A DNA stretch of 64,000 bases from a virus. Numbering within the stretch: position 1 is the stretch's first letter; the number at the start of each line of letters is the position of its first letter. Below the pieces are notes generated by a model, which did no database searches, had not been told where the DNA came from, and was given only the letters and a program-made list of their open reading frames with translations. The stretch lies in IMG/VR virus record IMGVR_UViG_3300045988_180675, positions 128,001 through 192,000 of that record. One strand, 5' to 3'. The position numbers and the translations under genes are program-made. Shown here one piece after another: positions 15,913-26,400 of this stretch.

Positions 15913-18801
15913 TTATTTTTTCTTCTTCTTAAAGAAGGCGAATAATCCCGCTGATAATGTTCCTACTGTTGCCATAATAGAGACGATAGGATTTGCCTCA
16001 ATACCAGTTGAAATAATTTCCTTAACCTTTTCTACAGGCTTTTCAACTGGAGAATCAACTGGAGAAGTAGCCTTCTTATAGAAGTGAACAATATCACCAT
16101 TTTCTAACTTCTCTGTTCGAACGTATTCGTATGAAGAAATTTCACCTGGCTTTTCAATTGCTCCATCAGATTCCTTTAGTAAAGTATTAGAGCCTTCTTC
16201 AACCCAAGTTGTATGTAATTTATGGTAAACATGAGTTGTTGTATCGTGGTCCTTATCAACACTTGTTGTAATATACGTATAGCCGCCGATATCTTGTTTT
16301 TCAGCAAATTTGTTACCCTTGACCATATCTAAGATATCATTGTTATCTTCATCAACGAATCTCGTTAATAGTTGCTTAAAGATGTATGTTACATTTCCAT
16401 CTTCATCAACTTTCTTTTCTTTGAATACGTATCCGTCGATATCGCCCTGTTCCATGATCTTACCACCTGTGAATGGATCTTTAATATCCTTGCCTTCTGG
16501 ATCAACCCACTTTGTCTTCAATTGTTTAAACACGTGTGTTTCATTTCCATTTTCATCACGGTCTGTATGATCAAATACATAGTTTTCGATTTCACCATGT
16601 TCTTCTGGAGTAGAGTTCTTTGATAATGGCTTTAACTCCTTACCATCCTTATCAACCCACTTTGTAGTGAATTGCTTGAAGAAATGAGTAACATTACCAT
16701 CTTCATCTACACTCGTTGAAACAAATGAATATTTCTCGATAGAACCTGCTTCAAAAGTTTTTTCATCTGTTACAGGATCCTTTAGTTCCTTTCCAGTTTC
16801 CTTATCGATCCATTTTGTTGTGTATTGGGCAACCAGCGTTCTATGATAATGAACCTCTAATGGTTTCACTTCTTCCGCTGGATTTGTTGGAACAGAAGGT
16901 TCTGTTACGCTTGGTCTAACTGGTTCTACTGGATCGACCCATGTATTTAACTCAGGAGCCTTTGGCTCTTCTGGCTTAACAGGCTTTTCTAAACGTTCAG
17001 GAATTTCATTGTAAGATGGCTCATCTGGTGTTGGAGTAGGTGTTGGTTCTTCTGGAATTTCTCCATCTGGTGATACAGGTGGATGTCCTGGCTTTGACTT
17101 AAACTCAATTGTAGAAGAGTTGAAGTTTAATGCACCACCATCTCCATTCCATGTATCGACGATTGTATCACCAGCAAATACACCAATCACTGTTCCCAGT
17201 GGAGTAGAATTAGTATTTCCATAAGTATTTGGTTGACCTTCTAAGCGTGGCATATTTAGATCCGCCATGTGAACATCACCTGCGTATGTCGCAGCATTGT
17301 CAGATGTATTTGTAATACTTGGATAGCCATGTGTTCCTTCTTGCATGCCAGCAGTCTTATCTGATGGAGCCATTGGAACAATCATACGTAGCTTATCTGG
17401 TGTGCCATTTGTTGTTGCTTCTAGTGTTTGTCCTTCACCAGCTTCTGTATCGTCCATATAGAAATAGCGTACTAACTTAATTGGTTCGCCTGTTGCTTCA
17501 TCGAAGAAGTGATATGTTGTACGAATACCATCACCGAATCCGCCCATAATACCATTTCGATAAGTGAATGTTGCACTTTCCTTTTCGCTAGACCACTTAG
17601 ATGCTTCAACACGAGCAGAGATAGTCTTTCCACTTTCTGTTGTACCGATGTTATGAAGTACAAATGACATAAACTTGCCTGTCTCTGTCTTATCTGCTGG
17701 CTTGAACTCGTAGTTTTTTCCATATTGGTCATCGAATACTCTAACACGAGGATCCTTTTCAGTGACTTCCATCGTTGTCTCTGGGTTGATACCAATATTG
17801 CCCTTTGAATATTCATATCCATTCTGATAGATCAACTCTTCATCATACATCGCAAATACATTCTTGAAGTAAGCATCTTTATCAGCACCACCGTAAACGG
17901 TAAAGTCGAGTCCTCCATCCCATAGAGCCTTGTACTTAGGATTTACAGTAGTCATATATTGCCACCATTCCTTGTACTTTGTATTTTCTCCCATTGCATG
18001 ATACTTAACGGAATCATCGTATCTACCAACAATAGAGATACCTCTTTCTGCATAGAGATCAGCTAATACAGGGTTGCTATTTAACCATTCTTCAAAATCA
18101 TTCTTTTGCTTTTCATACTTAGCAACTTCAGCATTGTGTTCATCGTTAATGCGATCAACCTCAGCTTGCCACTCGGCATGCTTGTCGGCATTTTGCTTAT
18201 TGATTGCTTCGACTTGAGCCTGCCAAGCCTTCTTAGCAGCTTCATTTAGAGCTGTCTTATCAGCAATCTCCTTTTCACGAGCGTTATATGCTTCTACATC
18301 AGCGTTGTACTGATTCATATCCTTATTGTACTGTTCAACTGCTGATTGATATTGAGCCTTCTTCGCTTCATTTTCTTTCTTTAATTCTTCAATATGAGCC
18401 AACTGCTGATCATATTGAGCTTTTTGTTCATTGTATACTCGCATAAGCTCATCGAATGTAATCTTATCCTGCTTATATTGTTCTACGGCAGTTTCATATT
18501 CCTTTGTTAGCTTTTCGAATTGAGCAATCTTCTCTTTTATTTCTTCATCGGAAGCTTTTAAAGACTTCAATTGCTCTGTATATGCAGCTTGAGCTTCCTT
18601 TGCAGAAGAATACATCACTGGTTCATCTTCCACTACATTCAGCTTTGGATTTTCCTTCTTTAATCTTTCGATGTATTCCAAAAAGTCTTTTTCAGTTACA
18701 TCCTTTGTTTGGATCTGTGCAAAAGCTGGTGTAATACTACCAACAGTTGTGCCTGCTAAAAGTAAGGCAACAGCACTTGTCTTAATCATTTTCTTTAACA
18801 T
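15913..18801 (-). CDS. Cell-wall-anchored adhesin with antigen I/II- or aggregation-substance-like architecture (962 aa)
   Basis: Signal peptide (..ITPAFAQ). A/Q/K/E-rich heptad coiled coil. Proline-rich linker (EEPTPTPTPDEP..). Four to five ~70-aa repeats of the form TKWVD..G..L..THxFKQ. C-terminus IISTG + hydrophobic segment + KKKKK. Confidence 0.7.
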   Translation of the reverse strand: MLKKMIKTSAVALLLAGTTVGSITPAFAQIQTKDVTEKDFLEYIERLKKENPKLNVVEDEPVMYSSAKEAQAAYTEQLKSLKASDEEIKEKIAQFEKLTKEYETAVEQYKQDKITFDELMRVYNEQKAQYDQQLAHIEELKKENEAKKAQYQSAVEQYNKDMNQYNADVEAYNAREKEIADKTALNEAAKKAWQAQVEAINKQNADKHAEWQAEVDRINDEHNAEVAKYEKQKNDFEEWLNSNPVLADLYAERGISIVGRYDDSVKYHAMGENTKYKEWWQYMTTVNPKYKALWDGGLDFTVYGGADKDAYFKNVFAMYDEELIYQNGYEYSKGNIGINPETTMEVTEKDPRVRVFDDQYGKNYEFKPADKTETGKFMSFVLHNIGTTESGKTISARVEASKWSSEKESATFTYRNGIMGGFGDGIRTTYHFFDEATGEPIKLVRYFYMDDTEAGEGQTLEATTNGTPDKLRMIVPMAPSDKTAGMQEGTHGYPSITNTSDNAATYAGDVHMADLNMPRLEGQPNTYGNTNSTPLGTVIGVFAGDTIVDTWNGDGGALNFNSSTIEFKSKPGHPPVSPDGEIPEEPTPTPTPDEPSYNEIPERLEKPVKPEEPKAPELNTWVDPVEPVRPSVTEPSVPTNPAEEVKPLEVHYHRTLVAQYTTKWIDKETGKELKDPVTDEKTFEAGSIEKYSFVSTSVDEDGNVTHFFKQFTTKWVDKDGKELKPLSKNSTPEEHGEIENYVFDHTDRDENGNETHVFKQLKTKWVDPEGKDIKDPFTGGKIMEQGDIDGYVFKEKKVDEDGNVTYIFKQLLTRFVDEDNNDILDMVKGNKFAEKQDIGGYTYITTSVDKDHDTTTHVYHKLHTTWVEEGSNTLLKESDGAIEKPGEISSYEYVRTEKLENGDIVHFYKKATSPVDSPVEKPVEKVKEIISTGIEANPIVSIMATVGTLSAGLFAFFKKKKK

Positions 18802-18848
18802 TGTTTTTTTCTCCTTTTTCTCTTCCGTTGTTTTTACAACTACGAGAT

Positions 18849-18860
18849 ATATTATGCTAT
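18849..18860 (-). promoter_or_regulatory. Class-A promoter box ATAGCATAATAT
   Basis: 47 nt before ATG 18801, preceded by a small GCTTGT-TTTTC-ACAAGC hairpin. Confidence 0.5.
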
Positions 18861-18904
18861 ATGCTTGTGAAAAACAAGCGATTTGCGTAATAAAATTTCA
18901 ACAA

Positions 18905-18934
18905 AAGAAATAAAAAAGGAGACGGTTTGTCTCC
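18905..18934 (-). terminator. Rho-independent terminator after the VirB4-like gene
   Basis: Minus strand GGAGAC-AAACC-GTCTCC followed by TTTTTTATTTC. Confidence 0.7.
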
Positions 18935-18952
18935 AATTTTATACATTATATT

Positions 18953-21364
18953 TTAATCCGTCTTTTTGTCAGTGTTCGTTATTCTATACAAGTTTGTATT
19001 CTTCGGAATCTTATTTGAAAAAGGAATAATAATATCTCCCGCTTTAAATAGTCCTGTTCCAGATGGGGCATTTGTAATTACTTCTAATTGTGAATCAGAA
19101 AGATTCAATAATTCCTGAAGATTACTTCTATCCATTTGAGAAGAGTTCATCATAGTAACGAAAGAAGTATTGTTGATAATGTTTCTTGTCGCTTCAGAAC
19201 GCAATAGATCTTCTGTATTTTGCATGATTCCAGTTGGGATTCCGTTCCATTTTCTTGCACGTTTCCAGATCTGAACCAAGAACTCTACAGCTGCATCGGA
19301 CTTCAACAGAACGTGGAATTCATCAATATAAACCCATGTAAATAGTCCTTTATCATGATTTTCCATCATTTTGTTCCAAATATCGTTTAGACAGATAAAT
19401 AGACCAATTTCTTTTAAGGTCGTTCCTAGATTACGGATATTGTATACCAAGAAGCGAGAATCAGATTCAACATTTGATCTATGTGCAAACATATCGTATC
19501 CACCGACTGCATAGTTCTCAATTACAGTAGCTAAAGTATTGGCTTCTGGATCAGGCTGTCGTTTAAGCTCTCCATACAAGTTCGCCAGTGTTGGAGCAGA
19601 TTGTTTATCACATGTGATACGTGGATCGATCTCTCTTAATTTTTTAACATGTTGAATATATGGATTGTAAATATTTTTAATACATCTAGTCAAAACTGAT
19701 TTTCCAGTTGGATTCAATGCTGCATTTTTACCAAGCATGATCTCAACTAGTGATGTGATGTAGTCTGTCTTTGATGCTACAGGATCGGTTTCATCATCTG
19801 TAATATTGATATCCATTGGATTCAAATAAGATTGTGAACCTGGAGCAATCGAAATCGTTTCTCCCCCTTTAATTTGGGCTGCAATTCTGGAATATTCTCC
19901 ATCTGGGTCAATAATATATACAATATTTCTTTCATCTGATAGATAAGCCGCCAACATCTCCTGCTTAACCTGCATGGATTTACCAGAACCAGACTCACCA
20001 AATGTTAGTCCGTTAAAGTTTCTTCCTGTTTTTCTATCATATACTAATAGATTATTAGAAGATTTATTGACGCCATACATGATTCCGCTCTTTTGATAGA
20101 TTTCAACATTTGAATATGGTAAAAATGCTGCCGCAGATTCTGTTGTATGTAAACGTCTTACACTTAATTGGTTAATACATAATGGAAGTGCGACGTTCAT
20201 TCCTGCTTCCTGTTGAAAAGATAAAACTCGGATAGGACATAATTTACCATTTGCACAGTTTTGAAGATCTTGTGTGTACTTATCTAATTCTTCCTTTGTA
20301 TTTCCAAACACATTCACTACAAATGTCATGTAAAACAAGTGTTGATCACGATCTGAAATGTCATCCTGCAATTCTTTAATTGCATCATTCGCTTTTTGTA
20401 GTGAAGGAGGAAGTAAATCGAAACTATATCCATTTTTAAGAGCACTCTTTTGATTTTCTGCAATCTGTCCCTGAATTGCCATAAATTGATTTTTAACCAT
20501 CTTAGAACCCTTTGCAATGTCGATAGGGTTATATTGCATAGAGATATTCAGACTAAACTGTAAGTCAGCGATACTAGCTAAAAATTCAACAGAAAGGGAT
20601 GTTGGCAATCGTTCCAAGAATAAGGCTCTTCCGAATTTATTTCCCATCATGTAATAATCAGAAAAGAACTGAAAGCCAGATGGACCGATAATATCTTTTG
20701 ATGTTAATCCACCCATACCGATCTTCTTATAATTAAAGAAAGGTTTTTTGTTTGTATCAAAATCATTGTAAAAGACACTTGTCCCATCTTGATTGTAAAA
20801 ATCAAATAATGTATGTAATCGTTCTTCAATTGTTAATCTTGTAAGTTCAGATGATTTCCCAAAGTTCTTTATAACCGTATCTAAAGCTCTTTCTGTACTA
20901 TCTAAATGCTGAAAAGCATTTTGAATATTTGGATTTTTACAAGCAATAATAAGATATTTTTCCTGCTGTAACATCTTAGCCCCATGCTTAATGCGATATA
21001 ACGTCAATTGGTTAAATTCATTTCTAATCGCATCTTCAATACTTCCATCACCCTTGATCTTCATCTTTGTATCAGACAATTTGATATCCTTAGCTGAAGT
21101 ATTTTGAATAATAAATTGGAACTTGATTTCAGGTGAAAATGTGTTTAAAACATCTTTAAATACACTGAAAATCTCCAATTGTCTCTCTTCAGACTCTTTG
21201 GAGAAATTTAACTCATTTAACTTAAAGGCTCTTGTATAATATCCTTCCTTATTTTCAATTGTTCCATCATTAAAGATTCTTTTATATGGAATCGTTTCCT
21301 GAACTGTTTTTGGCAGTTCTTTAATTCCGTTTACTGTACCCTTCTTTTTACTGAATAGTCCCAT
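18953..21364 (-). CDS. VirB4-family conjugative transfer ATPase (TcpF/PrgJ/TraE-like), 803 aa
   Basis: Walker A FGESGSGKS and Walker B-like TWVYIDEFH. Size and position directly after a PrgI-like gene are as in Firmicute T4SS loci. Confidence 0.85.
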   Translation of the reverse strand: MGLFSKKKGTVNGIKELPKTVQETIPYKRIFNDGTIENKEGYYTRAFKLNELNFSKESEERQLEIFSVFKDVLNTFSPEIKFQFIIQNTSAKDIKLSDTKMKIKGDGSIEDAIRNEFNQLTLYRIKHGAKMLQQEKYLIIACKNPNIQNAFQHLDSTERALDTVIKNFGKSSELTRLTIEERLHTLFDFYNQDGTSVFYNDFDTNKKPFFNYKKIGMGGLTSKDIIGPSGFQFFSDYYMMGNKFGRALFLERLPTSLSVEFLASIADLQFSLNISMQYNPIDIAKGSKMVKNQFMAIQGQIAENQKSALKNGYSFDLLPPSLQKANDAIKELQDDISDRDQHLFYMTFVVNVFGNTKEELDKYTQDLQNCANGKLCPIRVLSFQQEAGMNVALPLCINQLSVRRLHTTESAAAFLPYSNVEIYQKSGIMYGVNKSSNNLLVYDRKTGRNFNGLTFGESGSGKSMQVKQEMLAAYLSDERNIVYIIDPDGEYSRIAAQIKGGETISIAPGSQSYLNPMDINITDDETDPVASKTDYITSLVEIMLGKNAALNPTGKSVLTRCIKNIYNPYIQHVKKLREIDPRITCDKQSAPTLANLYGELKRQPDPEANTLATVIENYAVGGYDMFAHRSNVESDSRFLVYNIRNLGTTLKEIGLFICLNDIWNKMMENHDKGLFTWVYIDEFHVLLKSDAAVEFLVQIWKRARKWNGIPTGIMQNTEDLLRSEATRNIINNTSFVTMMNSSQMDRSNLQELLNLSDSQLEVITNAPSGTGLFKAGDIIIPFSNKIPKNTNLYRITNTDKKTD

Positions 21365-21382
21365 TATTTTCCCTCTTCCTTC

Positions 21383-21808
21383 TTATAATTTTGCATCATA
21401 TTTTTTAAGTAATAACTTTGTTCTGATTTTTTCTTTTTCGCTTTCTTTTATATTTGCCTGCGGTTGTTCTGGTTTGTAGCCAGAGATATATTTGTTGATT
21501 GTTTTATATGGTCTTGTTTTACTTGCAAAAACAGACGGTAATACACATTTCATAATGTATGTTTCTAGTGGCATTCCGAGCATTTTCACCCATCCACATG
21601 CAAGAATAGGCGTTACCAAAGATCCAGCAATCATGATCTGCATCGCAAGTTCCATTTTAAAGATTCCTAATAGCTTAAATAGACCATATCCAATTACAGA
21701 AGAAATAACAAATAAGACTGTCTGGCGTTTTGTAAGTGGTCCAATGAAGCGTGCTTCAAAATCTTGAATATCTCTTGGAATAGCCACCTTAATTGATGTA
21801 GCAGCCAT
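21383..21808 (-). CDS. PrgI-family (VirB3-like) T4SS membrane protein
   Basis: 141 aa. N-terminal IPRDIQDFEARFIGPLTKRQ matches the PrgI-family signature (..P.DI...E.K...GLT.RQ), followed by two hydrophobic helices. Directly upstream of the VirB4-like gene. Confidence 0.7.
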   Translation of the reverse strand: MAATSIKVAIPRDIQDFEARFIGPLTKRQTVLFVISSVIGYGLFKLLGIFKMELAMQIMIAGSLVTPILACGWVKMLGMPLETYIMKCVLPSVFASKTRPYKTINKYISGYKPEQPQANIKESEKEKIRTKLLLKKYDAKL

Positions 21809-21811
21809 AGA

Positions 21812-22837
21812 TTATACCCCTACAAGCTCATCTGCAATTCCACTTGATTGCATCATCATAAGAGCTGTAACAACAGGTGAACCTAGCATTAGGATCATAT
21901 CCATATTTAAGCCTTCAATGATAACCGAAGAAGTGATGACCTTATTATAGAAATATAACATTGAAAATGTGCCGATTGCAGCAATACCAAAGTAAATCGC
22001 AATTCGTAACATGCAAGCTAAGAACTTCTTAACAAATCGTATTGCAGATCCTCTAAAGCCATCCGAAATAACGGACGAAAGTGCGATCGGAGCAAACATT
22101 TGTCTTAGTTTGATTTCCATGATTGCCGTATATGTTAAAAATAAACATACAAAGATTGGTGCCCATGCGACAATCGTTAATAAATCAAATGATTCACCGA
22201 GCGATTGTAGATTGTAATAATTGATCTGTGTATTTGCAGGATCTAAAGCGTCACCAAGACCATTGAGCATTGGGATCGTTTCCAACCCCTTAATAACTTT
22301 ATTGTATGCCTGTGGATTTCCGCCACTTGTGATATCGATCGTTGCATTCTTGATCGTATTTACACTTTCAATTACAGCATTTACTCTCTGGATAATTAAA
22401 TCCCCTAATTTGTATAAGAGGTCCAGCATATCACCGATCATAAAGATTGCAATGAGTGTAAAGCCGATCGTAAACAATGTTCTTTGCCAAAATTCTTGTG
22501 ATAGATCACCCTTCTTTGCTTCTTCATAAATCAAGATAAAACCATGTAAGGTGGCAATCAACAACCCGAATCCGATCATGATACTTTTCATTGTATTAGG
22601 GAAAGTATATTGACCAGTTGTTAAAAACCCATTAAAAGAGCTATACGCCTCTTTCATCTGTTCAAACATTGTTTGACTATATCCTTCCATGAAGGCAACA
22701 ACTTTTGCTGCAAGTGTAGCACTATCTACTACTGAAGCCCACACTGGAGCTGAAACTAATAAACATAAACATATAGCTCCTGCCAGAACCTTTAATGATA
22801 TATGTGGCAGTCTCAACTTCTTTAATTTGAATACCAT
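21812..22837 (-). CDS. VirB6/TrbL-like polytopic T4SS membrane protein (341 aa)
   Basis: Signal/TM segment plus at least five further hydrophobic helices. Its stop lies 3 nt from the PrgI-like start. Assignment rests on topology and synteny. Confidence 0.6.
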   Translation of the reverse strand: MVFKLKKLRLPHISLKVLAGAICLCLLVSAPVWASVVDSATLAAKVVAFMEGYSQTMFEQMKEAYSSFNGFLTTGQYTFPNTMKSIMIGFGLLIATLHGFILIYEEAKKGDLSQEFWQRTLFTIGFTLIAIFMIGDMLDLLYKLGDLIIQRVNAVIESVNTIKNATIDITSGGNPQAYNKVIKGLETIPMLNGLGDALDPANTQINYYNLQSLGESFDLLTIVAWAPIFVCLFLTYTAIMEIKLRQMFAPIALSSVISDGFRGSAIRFVKKFLACMLRIAIYFGIAAIGTFSMLYFYNKVITSSVIIEGLNMDMILMLGSPVVTALMMMQSSGIADELVGV

Positions 22838-22901
22838 AAAACTTCCTTTCTTAGAAAATTAGAGGACAAGATCATTCTTGCCCCCTTCTTTGTTTCATCA
22901 A

Positions 22902-23327
22902 TTACTTAACAAGGTCGATAAACTTGACGATCTGGTTTTCTAAATGCAAGTTAAAGATGATGGCTGGAATAAAGATTCCTGCGATAGACCATGCAATCTT
23001 ATTTGTAGCCTTAGACTTAGCTGGACCGTCATCAGCACCAGCCGAGGAAAGTTCTCCAATCGCAACTACCAAGTTAAATACAGCGATGACTGCAAAGACT
23101 ACACAGATGATTGTGATAATTGTCTTAGCAATACCCTTTGCAATTTCTTTTTCTCCTTCTGCAAAACCAAATGGAGCTAATGCAATTGGTGCTGCCAGTG
23201 TTGCTGCTGCCAGTGTAAATGATACAGCCTTATGCTTTTCTAACCACTTCTCTGTCTTGTTTAGTGCTGAAGCCATGTTGTTTCTAGCCAGCATCATAGA
23301 TTGTCCTACAATTTCTTTCGTACTCAT
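22902..23327 (-). CDS. Small membrane protein (141 aa), candidate VirB2/TrbC-like or Maff2-like T4SS component
   Basis: Hydrophobic helices flank a short polar loop (GELSSAGADDGPAKSK). First gene of the T4SS core block, followed by an intra-operon hairpin at about 22870-22895. Confidence 0.4.
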   Translation of the reverse strand: MSTKEIVGQSMMLARNNMASALNKTEKWLEKHKAVSFTLAAATLAAPIALAPFGFAEGEKEIAKGIAKTIITIICVVFAVIAVFNLVVAIGELSSAGADDGPAKSKATNKIAWSIAGIFIPAIIFNLHLENQIVKFIDLVK

Positions 23328-23374
23328 TTTTTCTTCCTTTCTTCACTTTTTGTGAAACCAAAATGGTTACACTT

Positions 23375-23386
23375 ATATTATGCTAT
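23375..23386 (-). promoter_or_regulatory. Class-A promoter box ATAGCATAATAT
   Basis: 47 nt before ATG 23327. The leader contains AACCA-TTTT-GGTT and TTCAC-AAAAA-GTGAA hairpins. Confidence 0.5.
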
Positions 23387-23403
23387 ATTTCTTTGAAAAT
23401 AAA

Positions 23404-23430
23404 TAAAAAAAAGAGAGGAATTTTCCTCTC
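23404..23430 (-). terminator. Rho-independent terminator after the 1168-aa gene
   Basis: Minus strand GAGAGGA-AAAT-TCCTCTC followed by TTTTTTTTATTT. Confidence 0.7.
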
Positions 23431-23441
23431 AATTTTTAGAA

Positions 23442-26400
23442 TTACTTAGATTCCTTCTTTTTCTTCTTGCCAATTACGATACCGAAACCAGCTAGAGCTG
23501 TTGCTACTAATGCTCCGATACCAACCTTAGCAACTGTATCATCTGAAGATTCTTCGCTCTTCTTCTCTTCTGTAGCGACATCCTTCTTGTTGTCGTTCTT
23601 CTGAGTTTCTGTCTTTTTATCATCAGACTTCTTTGCATCCTGCTTATCGTTCTTGCTATCCTTTGATGCTTCCTTTTGCTTATCGGATGCCTTCTTTTCA
23701 TTCTTTTCAACCATTGCGTCTGTACCAACGGACTTGTTTGTTGCACTTTCGATTTGACGTGCTGCCTGATTAGCTAACTCAGCTTGACGAGCTGCTTCTG
23801 CTTTTTGAGCCGCTTCTGTAGCGACACGAACGTTGTATGCTGCAAGTTCACGGATGTAGTTTGCTTCAGCCTTAGCTGCACGTGTTGTAGCTTCTTCAAG
23901 AGCTTCGTTTGCTTCCACTAAAGCTTGCTTTGCAGTTGCTAATGCCGCACGAGCCTTTTGTACTGCTTCGATATAAGGATTCACTGTAGAAGCGAATTCT
24001 GGATCACTTACTAAGGTATTGAATGTTTCATCGAATGTAAATGCGTTTGTACGGTCTGCCTTAGCACGAGCTTCTGTTGCCTTAGTTGTTAATTCTACTA
24101 GAGCATCCATAGCCTTTGTATGTGCTGCCTTAGCATCTTCGTAAGCCTGAGCCTTCTTAGCTGCTTCTGCCTTGGAATCTTCTAATTCCTTAACCTTAGC
24201 ATCGTATGCTGCTACCTTATCAGTAAGAGCCTTCAATGCAAGTTCAGCATTTGTAAGATCAGTTGTCTTAGCCTCTAGTGTAGATTGAGCTGTTGCTAAC
24301 TCGTTTGTCTTTGTATCAACATTTGCCTGAGCTGTGTTACGAGCTGCTACTGCATCGTTATAAGCATTTGTGGCATCATTCAATGCGTTCTGCTTCTCTT
24401 CAACGACTTTTTCACTAGCCTTCTGAACTTCCTTCGCATCGGCTACAGCCTTGCGTAGAGCCTTCATTTCTTCAACGCCTACCATAGAGTCAACTACTGC
24501 TGTCTTTGCAGATAAGTCGTCATCAGCAGTCTTTGCATCTGCTTCTGCATTCTTACGTTCTGCAACCTTTGCATCATATACGCCCTTTGCTGCATCGTAT
24601 GTGGATTGAGCTGTTACTGTTTTAGCCTTTGCTGCATCATGTGCCAACTTCGCACTGTCACGAGTTGCTTTTGCTGCCTCTAATTCACTCTTAGCATTTT
24701 CTAATGCTGTTGTAGCATCTGTTAATACCTTCTGAGCATTTGTAAGTGCTGTATTTGCTTCAGCCAACTTCTGTACTGCTGCATCGTATGCTTTTTCTTC
24801 AGGTAATACTTCACGTTCACCTAGAGCTGGTTCACCCTTATATGCATCACGAACTGTTACTGCATCGTTATACTTCTTATTTGCTTCGTCTAACTTAGCG
24901 TTTAACTTCGTTGTATCTACAGTATCCATATATTCATCGAATAGACTTGTGAACTCTGCAATTGTATAAATCTTTTCAGCCTCTGGACCATTTCCTTCGG
25001 TGCTTGTTGAGAATGTCTGGCTGAATGTAATACCATAAGAATCTAACTGATCTTCAGTATATTTCTTTTCTCCGCCAACCTCAACAAACTTTTGTAGCTG
25101 TTGGTCATAAACCATCTTGCCACGCTTGTTGGCTACTGTACTACGTCCGATACCTGTCATGATGTAATTTCTATTTACTGCGTTTGTGTAATGACCTGTT
25201 TGGATATTGAAGAACTTCTTCTCATTCTTTGCATAATTTGTCCAAGCATTCTCGAACGCTGTCTTTTCTGGACCTCTCTTAGTGATGTTTACACCAGGAT
25301 GTTCTGCCAAATACTTAGCTGTAAATTCTTGTAATGCTTCCCAAACAACCTTTTCCTCTTCGTACCAACCCTTGTTAGGATCTGCATAGCCCCATGCTAA
25401 GTTTTCACCCATATTGAAGTGTCTTGTGTGTCCATTTGCTGGGTTTGCTGAGTTGTCTGCATTAGAGATTGCTGTAGCCATCATGTAGAATGTTGTGCCT
25501 AATGGATCTAATCCTGTAAAGTGTTCATCATGTACACGCTGTTCATTGTACTTAATTAAAACCTTTAATGCTTCCTTAACGTTGCGTAAGCTTGTAGCAT
25601 CATTTTCATCGCCCACAATCATTCCTGCTGGGTACTGATGTAGAGCCTTTACGGCACGCTCAATGTCTTTTAATGTATTTTCATCGCCAGCAAATTTTGT
25701 CTTTGCCCAACCTAAGAATCCTTCAAAGCCCTTCTTCACTTGTTCGCTTGCATTAGCGATTTTCTGAGAGATGGCATTCTTTTCTGTATCTGCATCTGTA
25801 ACGTCCTTATTTAACTTCTCACGCTTAGCTGCTTCTGTTGCGGCACGGTTTGTTTCATAATCCTGACGTTCCTTAGCCTGTTTTTCAAGAGCCTTGTTCT
25901 TTTCTGTTTCCTTAGTGTTGACATCACTCTTAGCGTTTTCGACATTGTTCTTTGCTGTATCTACAGAAGTTGAAGCACTATTCTTTTGAGCTTCCTTTTC
26001 GGATGCAACAGATTCTTTAGTAGAAACATTTGCGTTTTCTGCATCTAATGCATTCTTCTTTTCTGCTTCTACACTCTTCTTATCATTTAAGATGGATTCC
26101 TTTGCGTCAGCATCCTTCTTTGCTTCTGCTTCAGCAGTCTTCTTCTCTTCAACCTTTTCATGAGCCTTTGCAGATTCTTTTTCTGCATTTAGCATAGCCT
26201 TGTATTCATCAGTTTCAAGGACATCCTTGCCACCATTCTTCTCTAATGCCTTACGAAGATCATTTTCCTTTTCTGCTGTTACTCCCTTATCGCTATTTAA
26301 CTTAGCGTTGGCATTTTCTAAATCTGTATTAGCGGAATTCTTAGCGTTTTCCTTAGTAGTAACATCGTTAGTCTTCTCTTCTAATACTGCCTTAGCATCA